From Acidothermus cellulolyticus 11B (lineage in GTDB: Bacteria > Actinomycetota > Actinomycetes > Acidothermales > Acidothermaceae), in the NCBI RefSeq assembly GCF_000015025.1, contig NC_008578.1:1770001-1802000 (forward strand): 32,000 bases of DNA, given 5' to 3'. Every line of letters begins with the position of its first letter. The first letter of the stretch is position 1. The notes beneath the pieces are model-generated. The model was given only the letters and a program-made list of their open reading frames with translations. It was not told the origin of the DNA and made no database searches. This document shows, in pieces, positions 18,106 to 27,206 of the stretch. The position numbers were made by a program, and so were the translations under genes.

Positions 18106-18133
18106 GACTCTTCCCCAATGACGAGCGTGCCGA

Positions 18134-18625
18134 TTAGCGGCCGCCGCGACGGCCGGTGGTGCGTCGCGCCGCGGTCTTCTTCGTGGCGGTGCGCCGGGTC
18201 GCCGTAACCTTCCGGGTCGCACGTGCCGCCGCGCGCCCAGCTGCCTTCGCCGCACCGCGCCGGCCGGCGGCTTTTGCGGGTGCCGCCTTTGCCGCCTTTG
18301 CCGCCTTCGCGGGCTTGGCAGCGGGAGCGGCCTTAACAGCGGGCAGTTTGATCGCACCGCTGACGACGCCCTTGAGCCGCGTGCCGGCCCGGAATTTCGG
18401 CACGGACGTCTTCTTCACCCGCACCCGTTCGCCGGTCGCAGGATTCCGGGCCATCCGTGCGGCCCGTTCAACCTTCTCGAAGATGCCGAAACCGGTGATC
18501 GCGACTTTCTCGCCGCGCGCAACGGTCCGGGTGATGGTGTCAATGACGGCTTCGACTGCTTCGCTCGCCGTCTTCTTGTCGCCGATTCGTGCGGCGACCG
18601 CGGTGATGAGTTCCGCTTTGTTCAC
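18134..18625 (-). CDS. hupB: Nucleoid-associated protein HU with Ala/Lys/Arg-rich C-terminal tail (HupB/HupS/Hlp type)
   Basis: The HU fold MNKAELITAVAARIGDKKTASEAVEAVIDTI...RNPATGERVRVKKTSVPKFRAG is followed by AAKPAKAAKAAKAAPAKAAGRR... GTG 18625 is preceded by GGAGGG. Confidence 0.93.
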   Translation of the reverse strand: MNKAELITAVAARIGDKKTASEAVEAVIDTITRTVARGEKVAITGFGIFEKVERAARMARNPATGERVRVKKTSVPKFRAGTRLKGVVSGAIKLPAVKAAPAAKPAKAAKAAKAAPAKAAGRRGAAKAAGRAAARATRKVTATRRTATKKTAARRTTGRRGGR

Positions 18626-18672
18626 GTTTCCCTCCGGAGGAGTCGTGTCGAGCCTTCGCTCGACTCGTGGCG

Positions 18673-18701
18673 AACTTAAGCCGAAACGGGCGAAAACTCA
18701 A
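18673..18701 (-). promoter_or_regulatory. Candidate housekeeping-sigma promoter of the HU gene: TTGAGT-N17-TAAGTT
   Basis: On the minus strand the -35 TTGAGT is at 18701-18696 and the -10 TAAGTT at 18678-18673, with a 17-nt spacer. It lies about 50 nt upstream of the GTG, and a 7-bp-stem hairpin (18647-18664) sits in the predicted leader. Confidence 0.5.
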
Positions 18702-18736
18702 TCACCTGGCCGGCAAAAATTCGTCGTGTCGCGGGG

Positions 18737-18762
18737 AAACGCGTCGGTGCGGCGCCGACGCG
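18737..18762 (-). terminator. Possible terminator hairpin after leuD
   Basis: CGCGTCGG (18740-18747) pairs with CCGACGCG (18755-18762) across a 7-nt loop. On the minus strand it is followed by only TTT, so the U-tract is weak. Confidence 0.35.
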
Positions 18763-18828
18763 CGTTGCGGAGGCCGATACGACGGTGCAACAGCGCCGAC
18801 CGGGCCGGCACGACTGCCCGAAACCGCC

Positions 18829-19422
18829 TCAACTGGCCCGGGTCGTCGGCTTCCACGCAGGTCGGCGAGCCTCGAAAGCGTCGATGGCATCGGCATGGCG
18901 CAGCGTCAAGCCGATGTCATCGAGTCCCTCCATCAGACGCCAACGGGTGTAGTCGTCGATGTCGAAACCGCGCACCACGTCGGCGTACCGCACCTCGCGG
19001 GTGACGAGGTCCACGGTCACCGGAGTTGCGGGATCGCTTTCTACCACGTCCCAGAGCGCTTCGACGTCAGACTCGGGCAGGACGACGGCGAGCAGGCCGC
19101 CCTTGAGGGCATTGTTGCGGAAGATGTCGCCGAAGCGCGGCGAGATGACGACCCGGAAGCCGTAGTCCTGCAAGGCCCACACGGCGTGTTCGCGCGAGGA
19201 ACCCGTGCCAAAGTCCGGACCGGCGACCAGAATGTCGGCGCCGGCGAACTCCGGACGGTTGAGCACGAACCCGGGATCCTGCCGCCAGGCGGCGAACAGA
19301 CCGTCAGCGAAGCCGGTACGACTCACCCGCTTGAGATACACCGCGGGGATGATTTGGTCGGTGTCGACGTTGCTGCGCCGCAGCGGTACGGCGCGACCGG
19401 TGTGCGTGGTGAAGGGTTCCAT
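18829..19422 (-). CDS. leuD: 3-isopropylmalate dehydratase small subunit
   Basis: [21 protein letters not shown] and [17 protein letters not shown] motifs. 197 aa. Confidence 0.95.
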   Translation of the reverse strand: MEPFTTHTGRAVPLRRSNVDTDQIIPAVYLKRVSRTGFADGLFAAWRQDPGFVLNRPEFAGADILVAGPDFGTGSSREHAVWALQDYGFRVVISPRFGDIFRNNALKGGLLAVVLPESDVEALWDVVESDPATPVTVDLVTREVRYADVVRGFDIDDYTRWRLMEGLDDIGLTLRHADAIDAFEARRPAWKPTTRAS

Positions 19423-19463
19423 GACAAAGCCTTTCCGTTCCAGGGTTTCCGCTCGTTAGCGCG

Positions 19464-20885
19464 TCAATCGAGATCCGAGGGCGCGGCGAGGTGACCGGCG
19501 ACCGCGGTGGCCGCGGCGACGAGCGGGGACACGAGGTGGGTGCGCCCGCCGCGTCCTTGCCGCCCCTCGAAATTGCGGTTGGAGGTGGAAGCCGAACGCT
19601 GGCCCGGGGCGAGCTGGTCGGGATTCATCCCCAAGCACATCGAGCAGCCGGCGTTCCGCCATTCCGCTCCGGCATCCCGGAAGATGCGATCCAGTCCTTC
19701 CGCCTCGGCCTGCGCCTTGACCGCCATCGAACCGGGGACGACGAGCACCCGGACACCAGGGGCGACCTTGCGTCCCTGGAGCACGGACGCCGCGGCGCGA
19801 AGATCCTCGATGCGACCGTTGGTGCACGACCCGATGAACACGGTGTCAACCCGGATCTCACGCAACGGCGTGCCGGGCTGCAGATCCATGTAGGCAAGCG
19901 CCCGTTCCGCCGCCGCACGTTCGATCGGGTCGGAGAAAGTCGCCGGATCTGGGACGACACTGTCGAGAGGCGCACCCTGTCCGGGATTGGTTCCCCAGGT
20001 GACGTACGGCGAGAGACTGCCCGCATCGAGCAGCACTTCCTCGTCGAAGACCGCATCAGGGTCGGTCGGCAGTGAGCGCCAATACTCCAGCGCCGCCTCC
20101 CAGTCACGCCCCTTCGGCGCGTGCGGACGCCCTTCCAGATAGGCAAATGTGGTATCGTCCGGGGCGATCATCCCGGCGCGGGCGCCTGCTTCGATGGACA
20201 TGTTGCAGATCGTCATCCGCGCTTCCATGGACAATGCGCGAATCGCCTCGCCCCGGTATTCGATGACGTGCCCCTGACCGCCGCCGGTCCCGATTTTCGC
20301 GATGAGGGCGAGGATGATGTCCTTGCTCGTCACCCCCGGGCGGAGCGTGCCGTCGACGGTCACGGCCATCGTCTTGGGCTTGTACTGCGGCAGGGTCTGG
20401 GTCGCCAGCACGTGTTCGACCTCACTGGTGCCGATCCCGAACGCCAACGCCCCGAAGGCGCCGTGCGTGGAGGTGTGGGAATCACCACAGACGATGGTCA
20501 TGCCCGGCTGGGTGAGCCCGAGCTGGGGGCCGATGACGTGCACGATGCCCTGCTCACGATCCCCCATCGGATGCAGCCGGATGCCGAACTCCGCGCAATT
20601 GCGGCGCAACGTCTCGACTTGGGTCCGTGACACAGGGTCAGCGATCGGCTTGTCGATGTCCGTTGTCGGCACGTTGTGGTCCTCGGTGGCGATAGTGAGG
20701 TCCGGACGGCGGACGCGGCGGCCCGCCAGTCGCAGTCCATCGAAAGCCTGCGGACTCGTCACCTCATGGATCAAATGCAGGTCGATGTAGAGAAGGTCGG
20801 GTTCACCGTCCGCACGCCGGACGACGTGCTCCTCCCAGATTTTCTCGGCCATCGTTCGGCCGCGTACGCCCGTGCCGTCGCTCAT
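19464..20885 (-). CDS. leuC: 3-isopropylmalate dehydratase large subunit
   Basis: Aconitase-family Fe-S ligand motifs: [38 protein letters not shown] and [10 protein letters not shown]. The ATG is preceded by GGGAGG. Confidence 0.96.
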   Translation of the reverse strand: MSDGTGVRGRTMAEKIWEEHVVRRADGEPDLLYIDLHLIHEVTSPQAFDGLRLAGRRVRRPDLTIATEDHNVPTTDIDKPIADPVSRTQVETLRRNCAEFGIRLHPMGDREQGIVHVIGPQLGLTQPGMTIVCGDSHTSTHGAFGALAFGIGTSEVEHVLATQTLPQYKPKTMAVTVDGTLRPGVTSKDIILALIAKIGTGGGQGHVIEYRGEAIRALSMEARMTICNMSIEAGARAGMIAPDDTTFAYLEGRPHAPKGRDWEAALEYWRSLPTDPDAVFDEEVLLDAGSLSPYVTWGTNPGQGAPLDSVVPDPATFSDPIERAAAERALAYMDLQPGTPLREIRVDTVFIGSCTNGRIEDLRAAASVLQGRKVAPGVRVLVVPGSMAVKAQAEAEGLDRIFRDAGAEWRNAGCSMCLGMNPDQLAPGQRSASTSNRNFEGRQGRGGRTHLVSPLVAAATAVAGHLAAPSDLD

Positions 20886-20906
20886 CGCACCCGCCTCCCG
20901 CAGTTC

Positions 20907-20935
20907 TTGCGTCTCACATTGTGAGATCGTAATAT
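20907..20935 (+). promoter_or_regulatory. Candidate promoter TTGCGT-N17-TAATAT for the IclR gene (leaderless) with an embedded operator palindrome TCTCAC-N3-GTGAGA (20912-20926)
   Basis: The -10 TAATAT (20930-20935) ends 6 nt before GTG 20942, and there is no SD. The perfect 6+6 inverted repeat fills the spacer of the 56-bp leuC/IclR divergent region. Confidence 0.45.
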
Positions 20936-20941
20936 CAGCTT

Positions 20942-21658
20942 GTGGATGAGTCTAGCGGAGTCGGCGTCCTCGACAAAGCCGTTGCCATCCTGACTGCTCT
21001 GGAAGCCGGGCCGGCCACGCTGGCCAGCCTCGTCGCCTCGACCGGATTGTCCCGTCCGACCGCCCACCGGCTCGCGGTCGCGCTCGAACGGCACCGGCTG
21101 GTGAGCCGAGACGGCGACGGGCGGTTCGTCCTCGGCCCCCGCTGCGCCGAATTGGCCGCCGCCGCCGGTGAGGATCGGTTGATTGGCGTGGCGCTTCCGA
21201 TCCTGGCCAAGCTTCGGGACACGACGGGCGAGAGTGCTCAGCTGTACCGGCGGGACGGCGATGCGCGGGTGTGCATTGCCGCCGCGGAAATCCCGTTCGG
21301 GTTGCGCAACACCGTGCCGGTCGGCGCTCGACTCCCCCTGACCGCCGGTTCGGCGGCACAGGTTCTCCTCGCCTGGGAACCCGCCCAGCGGATCCAACGC
21401 TTTCTGGTCGGCGCCGCGTTCACCGCGCAGACCCTGGCGAGAGTGCGACGGCAAGGCTGGGCGGCAAGTGTCGCCGAACGGCAGCCTGGTGTCGCCTCGG
21501 TGTCTGCACCGGTGCGGTCCGCCAGTGGACGTGTCCTCGCCGCTGTCTCGGTCTCCGGGCCCATCGAGCGCCTGACCCGCAATCCCGGCCGACTGCACGC
21601 CGCCGCCGTTCTCCGCGCCGCCGACGCCATCTCACGGGCATTACGGCAGGAGGCCTGA
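20942..21658 (+). CDS. ndgR: IclR-family transcriptional regulator divergent from leuCD (LtbR/NdgR-type)
   Basis: N-terminal wHTH ([45 protein letters not shown]) plus an IclR effector domain. The divergent arrangement with leuCD is conserved (Corynebacterium LtbR, Streptomyces NdgR, Rv2989). Confidence 0.88.
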   Translation: MDESSGVGVLDKAVAILTALEAGPATLASLVASTGLSRPTAHRLAVALERHRLVSRDGDGRFVLGPRCAELAAAAGEDRLIGVALPILAKLRDTTGESAQLYRRDGDARVCIAAAEIPFGLRNTVPVGARLPLTAGSAAQVLLAWEPAQRIQRFLVGAAFTAQTLARVRRQGWAASVAERQPGVASVSAPVRSASGRVLAAVSVSGPIERLTRNPGRLHAAAVLRAADAISRALRQEA

Positions 21659-21708
21659 CCGCACGACGAGACCAACCGACTGTCGCGTGACGCCCGTCCT
21701 CATCGCGT

Positions 21709-21727
21709 GGCATCCGCGCCGGATGCC
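21709..21727. terminator. Hairpin GGCATCCG-CGC-CGGATGCC between the convergent IclR and protease genes
   Basis: 8-bp perfect stem read directly. There is no U-tract on either side. Confidence 0.25.
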
Positions 21728-21773
21728 CCTCAATGGCACCGCGCGCCAATGCACCACAGACGAGCGGGCCGGA

Positions 21774-23312
21774 TCAGCCGGAGCTCGCTGAGCCGAGGGT
21801 GACTTGCGTGGTGTGCCGGCTGCCGTTGCGGACAAATCCAATAGTCACCGTCGAATTCGGCACCGCGGCGTGGGTCGCCGCAATGAGCGAATCCGAATCC
21901 CGGATGGTGCGATCACCGAATTGCACGATGACGTCTCCGACGCGAACTCCCGCCCGATCCGCCGGCCCGCCCGCGGTCACGCTGACGACCAGGCAGCCGT
22001 TCGGCGTCTGCAGCGTCGGGTCGACCGAATCCCGGACGCCGACGCCGAGCACAGCGTGCGTCGCATGCCCAGTCGCCTCCAACTCCTTGACGACCCGCAT
22101 CGCTTCCGAAATCGGAATCGCAAAGCCGACCCCGATGTTCCCCGATTGCCCGCCGCCGAACGGCTGCTGGTCAAGCGTCGCAATCGCTGTGTTGACGCCG
22201 ACCACCCGGCCGGCCATGTCAACCAACGGGCCGCCGGAATTGCCGGGATTGATGGCCGCGTCGGTTTGAATGGCGTCGAGCACGGTGGGCGTCGTCCCCC
22301 CGCCGGAGCAATTTTGCGTACAGACCGGGCGGTTTAACGCGCTCACAATTCCTGCCGTAACAGTATTCGACAGGCCGAGGGGCGATCCGATGGCAATGAC
22401 CTGTTGGCCGACCTGAAGGGTGCGGTCGTCCCCGATGGCCGCCGGTTGCAGATTCGTCACGCCGACAGCCTGAATCACCGCGAGGTCCGATGTGGGATCC
22501 CGCCCGACGATCCGCGCCCGCATCGATCGGCCGTCCGCTGTTGTGACCGCAACGATGCCCCCGCCGGCCGCCGCCTCGACGACGTGATTGTTCGTGAGAA
22601 TGTAGCCGTCGCTGCTCAGCACGATGCCCGTGCCTTCGTCGCCGCCCTGGTCGGTCGTCACGATGATGGAGACAACCGAGGGAAGGAGTTGTTTCGCGAC
22701 GGCGGCAATCGACCCGGCCGGCGCAGGGGGCACCGTCGGCGCTGTACTCGATGTCGCCGAATTCCCCGTTGTACTCGACACCGTCGACGACGGCGACGCT
22801 GTCGTCGTGTGCCGAGCCACGTAGCGGCCGACGACGGCTCCCGACCCGCCGCCAGCGACAAGGGCGAGCAGAACGGCCACGACAACGATGGGCCAGATCC
22901 GGCGCCGTCCACTCGACTCAGGAGGCGGAAATCCTCCGGCCGGCGCAACGTCCCCAGCAGGAGGGAATCCCGCGGCCGGTGGAGTCGGGGCCGGCACGTC
23001 CAATGGAATCGTGGTCGTGAGCGGATCGGTACCCTCACCGGCGGGCGGCTGCACTTCGCCGGACGACGGCCGCGATCCGGCAGGGGAGGGCCACGACGCG
23101 CCGGACGGCGGAGGCGGCGCCCACCACGCAGCGCCTCCACTAGCGCCCTCCGCCTGGTTCCCCGCACCCGCGGGTGCACCGCCGGCCGTCCAGGCGTTCG
23201 CCGTCGCCGGAGTATCAACCGGCGTGCCTGCCGGCTCCCGGGCCGCGTTCTCCGACGGCTGCGGTGATTCGGACTGCGGTCGACCCGGCCAGTGCTGCTG
23301 ATGCTCCGTCAT
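21774..23312 (-). CDS. pepD: HtrA/PepD-like S1C serine protease with PDZ domain and long Pro/Ala-rich N-terminus
   Basis: Catalytic triad contexts TNNHVV (His), SDLAVIQ (Asp) and GNSGGPLV (Ser), plus a C-terminal PDZ domain. One TM segment (IWPIVVVAVLLALVAGGG). The ATG overlaps the kinase stop (ATGA at 23309-23312). Confidence 0.9.
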   Translation of the reverse strand: MTEHQQHWPGRPQSESPQPSENAAREPAGTPVDTPATANAWTAGGAPAGAGNQAEGASGGAAWWAPPPPSGASWPSPAGSRPSSGEVQPPAGEGTDPLTTTIPLDVPAPTPPAAGFPPAGDVAPAGGFPPPESSGRRRIWPIVVVAVLLALVAGGGSGAVVGRYVARHTTTASPSSTVSSTTGNSATSSTAPTVPPAPAGSIAAVAKQLLPSVVSIIVTTDQGGDEGTGIVLSSDGYILTNNHVVEAAAGGGIVAVTTADGRSMRARIVGRDPTSDLAVIQAVGVTNLQPAAIGDDRTLQVGQQVIAIGSPLGLSNTVTAGIVSALNRPVCTQNCSGGGTTPTVLDAIQTDAAINPGNSGGPLVDMAGRVVGVNTAIATLDQQPFGGGQSGNIGVGFAIPISEAMRVVKELEATGHATHAVLGVGVRDSVDPTLQTPNGCLVVSVTAGGPADRAGVRVGDVIVQFGDRTIRDSDSLIAATHAAVPNSTVTIGFVRNGSRHTTQVTLGSASSG

Positions 23313-24880
23313 CGTCGTAACACTCCCCTATCTTCCTGGGAAATCGCTGGGGACGGCTTCGGCGGCGGCTCCGCTGGCGGCTGCTCGGCCGCGAACTCCT
23401 CGGCGTCCGCGGCGTACTCCTCACCGGCCGACACCGGGCGGCCGGGTAATTCCATCACGAACAACGCGCCACCCGACGGCGCCTTGCCGGCCTGAATCGT
23501 GCCGCCATGCCGGAGTGCGGCGTGCCGGACGATCGCAAGACCCAGCCCGGAGCCGGGCATCTTGCGGGCATCGGCGGAGCGATAAAACCGGTCGAAGATG
23601 TGCGGCAGGTCGACGTCGGAGATGCCCGGCCCTTCGTCGGTGACGGTGAGCCGGCCGTTCTCCAACCGTAATTCGACCCGGCCGCCGGGCGGGCTCCACT
23701 TCACCGCATTGTCGAGCAGGTTCGTCACCGCACGTTCGAGCATCGTCGGATCACCGTAAACCAGCCACGGTTGCAGGGAAATGTCGAACCGCAGTCCGGA
23801 CGCGCGACGCCGCACCCGCTCAACGGCACGCTCGGCGACAGTCGCCAGATCGATCTCCTCCAGGTGCTGGTCGGGCACATCGTCCCGGGCCAGCTCGACG
23901 AGATCGGCGACCAAGCCGGAGAGTTCTTCGACCTGCGCCCGCACATCGGCCAACAAGGCGAGGCGGTCTTCTCGGGATAGGCCGCGGTCGCCGGCGGCTT
24001 CGCTCTGTGCCAGCAAGTCGAGATTGGTCCGCAGGCTGGTGAGCGGCGTGCGGAGCTCATGGCCGGCATCGGCCACCAGTTGACGCTGCAGCTGCTGGGA
24101 CCGGTCGAGCGCGACCAGCATGGCGTTGAAACTCTGCGCCAGCCGGCCGATTTCGTCGTCCCGGTCGATGTCGATGGGCGTAAGGTCGCCGGTACGCGCG
24201 ACACGTTCGGCGGCGGCCGTCAACCGTTCCACCGGGCGCAAACCGGCCCGCGCAATGGTCAAGCCGCTGAAGGCCGCGACGGCGATACCGGCGACCCCGA
24301 CGGCGAGCAGGACGAAACCGAGCCGGGCAAGGGTTTCAGAGGTCTCTGTCATCGATCGGGCGAGAACCAACGCCTGCCCGGACGCCGACGGCACGGCGAC
24401 CATGCGGTACGCGACGCCGTCCACCGTGACCGTGCGCAAAGACCAGGCCAATTTTCCTTGTGCGACCGCAAGTTCCGGGCCGTTGGCCAGCGGAACGGCA
24501 AAATCCCGGTCGCGAATGTTGCCGATGACATCACCGTCCGCCGACACGAGGAATACCTTGTTCTCCGCGGTGAGAACAACCAACGTGGACTGGTCGAGAA
24601 TCGAGGCCGTATCGAGCTGAACGGCCGCTGCGGCGACGGCTCGGGACCGCAGCGACGCGTCCAGTTGGTGCAATAATTCCGCGCGCACCGTCACATAGGC
24701 GACCGACGAGATGACCGCCACGGCCAGGCCGACGACGACGGCGACAAGCAGACTCACCCGCGCGCGGAGGGTGAGATGGGTGCGGGGTCCCACAAATATC
24801 CGCCGGACGACGCGAACCGCTCGGCCGCCGACCGACCGTCCGTGCGCCGGGACGTCGACGTTCGGTGGAGGGGGAATCAC
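23309..24880 (-). CDS. mprB: Sensor histidine kinase, MprB-like (2 TM, HAMP, HisKA, HATPase)
   Basis: H-box [16 protein letters not shown]-box [12 protein letters not shown]1 DEGPGI, G2 GSGLGLAIV and [17 protein letters not shown]. There is long collinear similarity to my memory of M. tuberculosis MprB. GTG 24880 overlaps the regulator stop (GTGA). Confidence 0.88.
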   Translation of the reverse strand: MIPPPPNVDVPAHGRSVGGRAVRVVRRIFVGPRTHLTLRARVSLLVAVVVGLAVAVISSVAYVTVRAELLHQLDASLRSRAVAAAAVQLDTASILDQSTLVVLTAENKVFLVSADGDVIGNIRDRDFAVPLANGPELAVAQGKLAWSLRTVTVDGVAYRMVAVPSASGQALVLARSMTETSETLARLGFVLLAVGVAGIAVAAFSGLTIARAGLRPVERLTAAAERVARTGDLTPIDIDRDDEIGRLAQSFNAMLVALDRSQQLQRQLVADAGHELRTPLTSLRTNLDLLAQSEAAGDRGLSREDRLALLADVRAQVEELSGLVADLVELARDDVPDQHLEEIDLATVAERAVERVRRRASGLRFDISLQPWLVYGDPTMLERAVTNLLDNAVKWSPPGGRVELRLENGRLTVTDEGPGISDVDLPHIFDRFYRSADARKMPGSGLGLAIVRHAALRHGGTIQAGKAPSGGALFVMELPGRPVSAGEEYAADAEEFAAEQPPAEPPPKPSPAISQEDRGVLRR

Positions 24881-25560
24881 GGTGACATCTCGCGCAACGC
24901 GTATCCCACGCCGCGGATCGTATGGATGAGCCGCGGTTCGCCCTGTGCCTCGAGTTTGCGGCGCAAATAGCCGACGTACACTTCCAGTGAATTCGCTGTC
25001 GTCGGAAAATCGTATCCCCAGACTTCCTCAAGAATCTGCGAGCGCCGCAATACCTGACGCGGATGGCGCATGAACATTTCGAGCAGGTTGAATTCGGTGC
25101 GGGTCAGCGCGATCGGCCGGCTGCCCCGCCACACCTCGCGGGTCGCGAGATCCAGTGTCAGGTCCGAGAACCGCAGCTGCTGACTCGCCCCGGGACCCGG
25201 CGCACTGCGCCGCACGAGCGCGCGCAACCGGGCGAGCAATTCCTCCAGCGCGAACGGCTTGACAAGGTAGTCATCGGCGCCGGCGTCCAGCCCGGCGACC
25301 CGGTCGCTCACCGCTTCCCGCGCGGTGAGCATGAGCACGGGAACGTCGTCACCGGCGGCCCGCAAGCGGCGACAGGTCTCCAGGCCGTCGAGGCCGGGCA
25401 TCAGAACGTCAAGGATGACGACGTCGGGCCGGCGCATATTGATCATCGCGAGGGCACGCTGCCCGTCGTCCGCCAACTCAACGTCGTAGCCGTTGAACAC
25501 CAGGGAGCGGCGCAGCGACTCCCGGACGGCGGGGTCGTCATCGACCACGAGGACGCGCAC
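24877..25560 (-). CDS. mprA: OmpR-family response regulator, MprA-like
   Basis: [16 protein letters not shown], the receiver Asp in [11 protein letters not shown], and the winged helix [20 protein letters not shown]...[11 protein letters not shown]. Start set to GTG 25560; the track start 25707 adds 49 non-homologous residues. Confidence 0.88.
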   Translation of the reverse strand: MRVLVVDDDPAVRESLRRSLVFNGYDVELADDGQRALAMINMRRPDVVILDVLMPGLDGLETCRRLRAAGDDVPVLMLTAREAVSDRVAGLDAGADDYLVKPFALEELLARLRALVRRSAPGPGASQQLRFSDLTLDLATREVWRGSRPIALTRTEFNLLEMFMRHPRQVLRRSQILEEVWGYDFPTTANSLEVYVGYLRRKLEAQGEPRLIHTIRGVGYALREMSP

Positions 25561-25753
25561 CCGTTCAGTCTGCCCACGCCAACTGAAGATCCGCTGAGAG
25601 CCTGCGCCGGTCCGAAGGCGGGCACACTGGCCCCTACGACACCGCGGGGCCGGCTGCCGGGCCGTTCCCGAAACCTTCCCCGGGCACCGAACGCCGCCCT
25701 CCGACACCGCGGCGCGCCGTCACGAGCCGACTGCGCCGGCACGCCCGAGCCGG

Positions 25754-26716
25754 CTATGCCGGCGCCTCCAGTTCGCCGACGGCGTCCAGCCGGGCCCACA
25801 GCGCGTCAGGGATGGGCATGTCGAGCAGTTCGGCGTCGGTGCGCATTTCGGCGGCGTTTCGGACCCCGACAAGCACCGTGCGCACCGCCGGGTGGCGCAA
25901 CGGGAACTGCACGGCGGCCGCGGCGAGCGGCACCCCGAATTCGGCGCATATCCGGCGGAGCCGTTCGGCTTTGGCCCGAATTTCCGGCGGCGCGGGACGG
26001 TAGTCGTACAGCGGTGAATTCTCCGGATCGGCAAGAATTCCGCCGTTGAACACACCGCCCACGACGACCGGCACGTTCGCGTCCGAGCAGGCGGGAAACA
26101 ACCCGTCCTCAGCGTGCCGATCCAGGAGGGAGTAACGGCCGGCGAGCAGGACGACGTCGATGTCGGTCTCCCGGACGAACCGTTCGAGCAGCCGGGTCTG
26201 GGTCATGCCGACCCCGATGGCGCGAAGCACGCCGGCCTCCCGGAGTGGGTAAAGGGCGGGGAGTGCTTCGTCGACCGCTTGTCGCCAGTGCGCATCCGGG
26301 TCGTGAAGGTACACGATGTCCACGGAGTCGAGCCGCAACCGCTGGAGGCTCGCGTCAAGCGATCGGCGGACGCCGTCCGCGCTGAAGTCAAACACCCGCC
26401 GAACGCCGCGTTCCGTCGGGAATGCAGGATCGTCCACCCCGCGCCCGGGATCCGTGAGCAGCAGCCGGCCGACCTTCGTGGAGACGACGGCCTCGGCACG
26501 TGGTTTCACCGCCAGGAATTCGCCGATAAGCAGCTCAGATCGTCCGGCGCCGTAATGCGGCGCGGTATCGAAATACCGGACGCCGCACCGCCATGCCTCC
26601 TCGAGGGCGGCGAGCGCGTCCGTGGCATTGACGTCCCGATACAGGCCGCCGATCGGCGCGCCGCCGAAACCGAGGCGACCCATCCGCATCGTCACTGCGG
26701 CGGCCGACGAGGACAT
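25754..26716 (-). CDS. Aldo/keto reductase (D-threo-aldose/pyridoxal dehydrogenase-like subgroup)
   Basis: LGFGGAPIGGLY, RYFDTAPHYGAGRSELLIGEFL and VVSTKVGR motifs. Start taken as ATG 26716 (GTG 26719 also possible). The track ORF to 26938 runs through a 17-bp repeat array and tRNA-Pro. Confidence 0.85.
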   Translation of the reverse strand: MSSSAAAVTMRMGRLGFGGAPIGGLYRDVNATDALAALEEAWRCGVRYFDTAPHYGAGRSELLIGEFLAVKPRAEAVVSTKVGRLLLTDPGRGVDDPAFPTERGVRRVFDFSADGVRRSLDASLQRLRLDSVDIVYLHDPDAHWRQAVDEALPALYPLREAGVLRAIGVGMTQTRLLERFVRETDIDVVLLAGRYSLLDRHAEDGLFPACSDANVPVVVGGVFNGGILADPENSPLYDYRPAPPEIRAKAERLRRICAEFGVPLAAAAVQFPLRHPAVRTVLVGVRNAAEMRTDAELLDMPIPDALWARLDAVGELEAPA

Positions 26717-26734
26717 CACCACCGCCCAATCTGC

Positions 26735-26819
26735 CGATAGGGACGAGCTGCCGGTAACGACGAGTTGTCGGTAACGACGAGTTGTCGGTAACGACGAACC
26801 GCCGGTAACGACGAGCCGA
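26735..26819. repeat. 17-bp tandem repeat CGGTAACGACGAGTTGT, 4 good copies plus 1 degenerate
   Basis: Copies at 26752-26768 and 26769-26785 are identical. Copies at 26786-26802 and 26803-26819 diverge at the 3' end of the unit. The degenerate copy is at 26735-26751. Confidence 0.9.
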
Positions 26820-26879
26820 CCGCAGCGCGGGCATAGCCTCTCCCGCGGAACGCGGCGCCGAGCCTCACCCAAACCCTCG

Positions 26880-26952
26880 TCGGGGCGGGGAGACTCGAAC
26901 TCCCGATCTCCTGCTCCCAAAGCAGGCGCGCTGGCCACTACGCTACGCCCCG
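26880..26952 (-). tRNA. tRNA-Pro (anticodon UGG)
   Basis: Hand-folded cloverleaf: CGGGGCG TA GCGT AGTGGCCA GCGC G CCTGC TTTGGGA GCAGG AGATC GGGAG TTCGAGT CTCCC CGCCCCG A. 73 nt, G37, T-loop TTCGAGT, CCA not encoded. Confidence 0.93.
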
Positions 26953-27033
26953 GGGCGCGACGCGTAGTCTAAGCGAACGAGCGGTCGTTCGCTGCCGCGG
27001 CCGGCGTCCTGCCGGTCGGCAGACGACCATCAC

Positions 27034-27104
27034 GCGGGTGTAGCTCAATGGCAGAGCTCCAGCCTTCCAAGCTGGCGGTGCGGGTTCGATTCCCGTCACC
27101 CGCT
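27034..27104 (+). tRNA. tRNA-Gly (anticodon UCC)
   Basis: Hand-folded cloverleaf: GCGGGTG TA GCTC AATGGCA GAGC T CCAGC CTTCCAA GCTGG CGGT GCGGG TTCGATT CCCGT CACCCGC T. 71 nt, CCA not encoded. Confidence 0.93.
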
Positions 27105-27132
27105 CTCGGTAGGCCTGCGCGGTGGCACGCGT

Positions 27133-27206
27133 CGGTCAGTCGCGCCGGATCGAGCCGGTCAGTCGCGCCGGATCGGACCGGATGATGCCATTCAGTCACG
27201 CCAGAT
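27133..27206. repeat. Three copies of TCAGTC(G/A)CGCC(G/A)GAT; the last copy is the real 3' end of the PP2C gene
   Basis: The 20-bp unit CGGTCAGTCGCGCCGGATCG is identical at 27133-27152 and 27156-27175 (23-bp period). The related TCAGTCACGCCAGAT at 27192-27206 contains the PP2C stop codon. Confidence 0.85.

Noticed and set aside
25561-25753. SigE-type (GGAAC-N16-17-GTT) promoter upstream of the mprA-like gene
   Set aside because: A GGGAAC is present on the sense strand, but no GTT element lies at the required spacing.
26735-26819. Possible CRISPR array
   Set aside because: The units are 17 bp and directly abutting with no spacers. There are only 4-5 copies and no cas genes. It is a simple tandem repeat.
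26880-27104. Integrated mobile element at the tRNA-Pro / tRNA-Gly 3' flanks
   Set aside because: There is no integrase, excisionase, transposase or phage-like gene in the window. I could find no second copy of either tRNA 3' end (att-like direct repeat). Flanking genes are ordinary chromosomal genes with the same GC.
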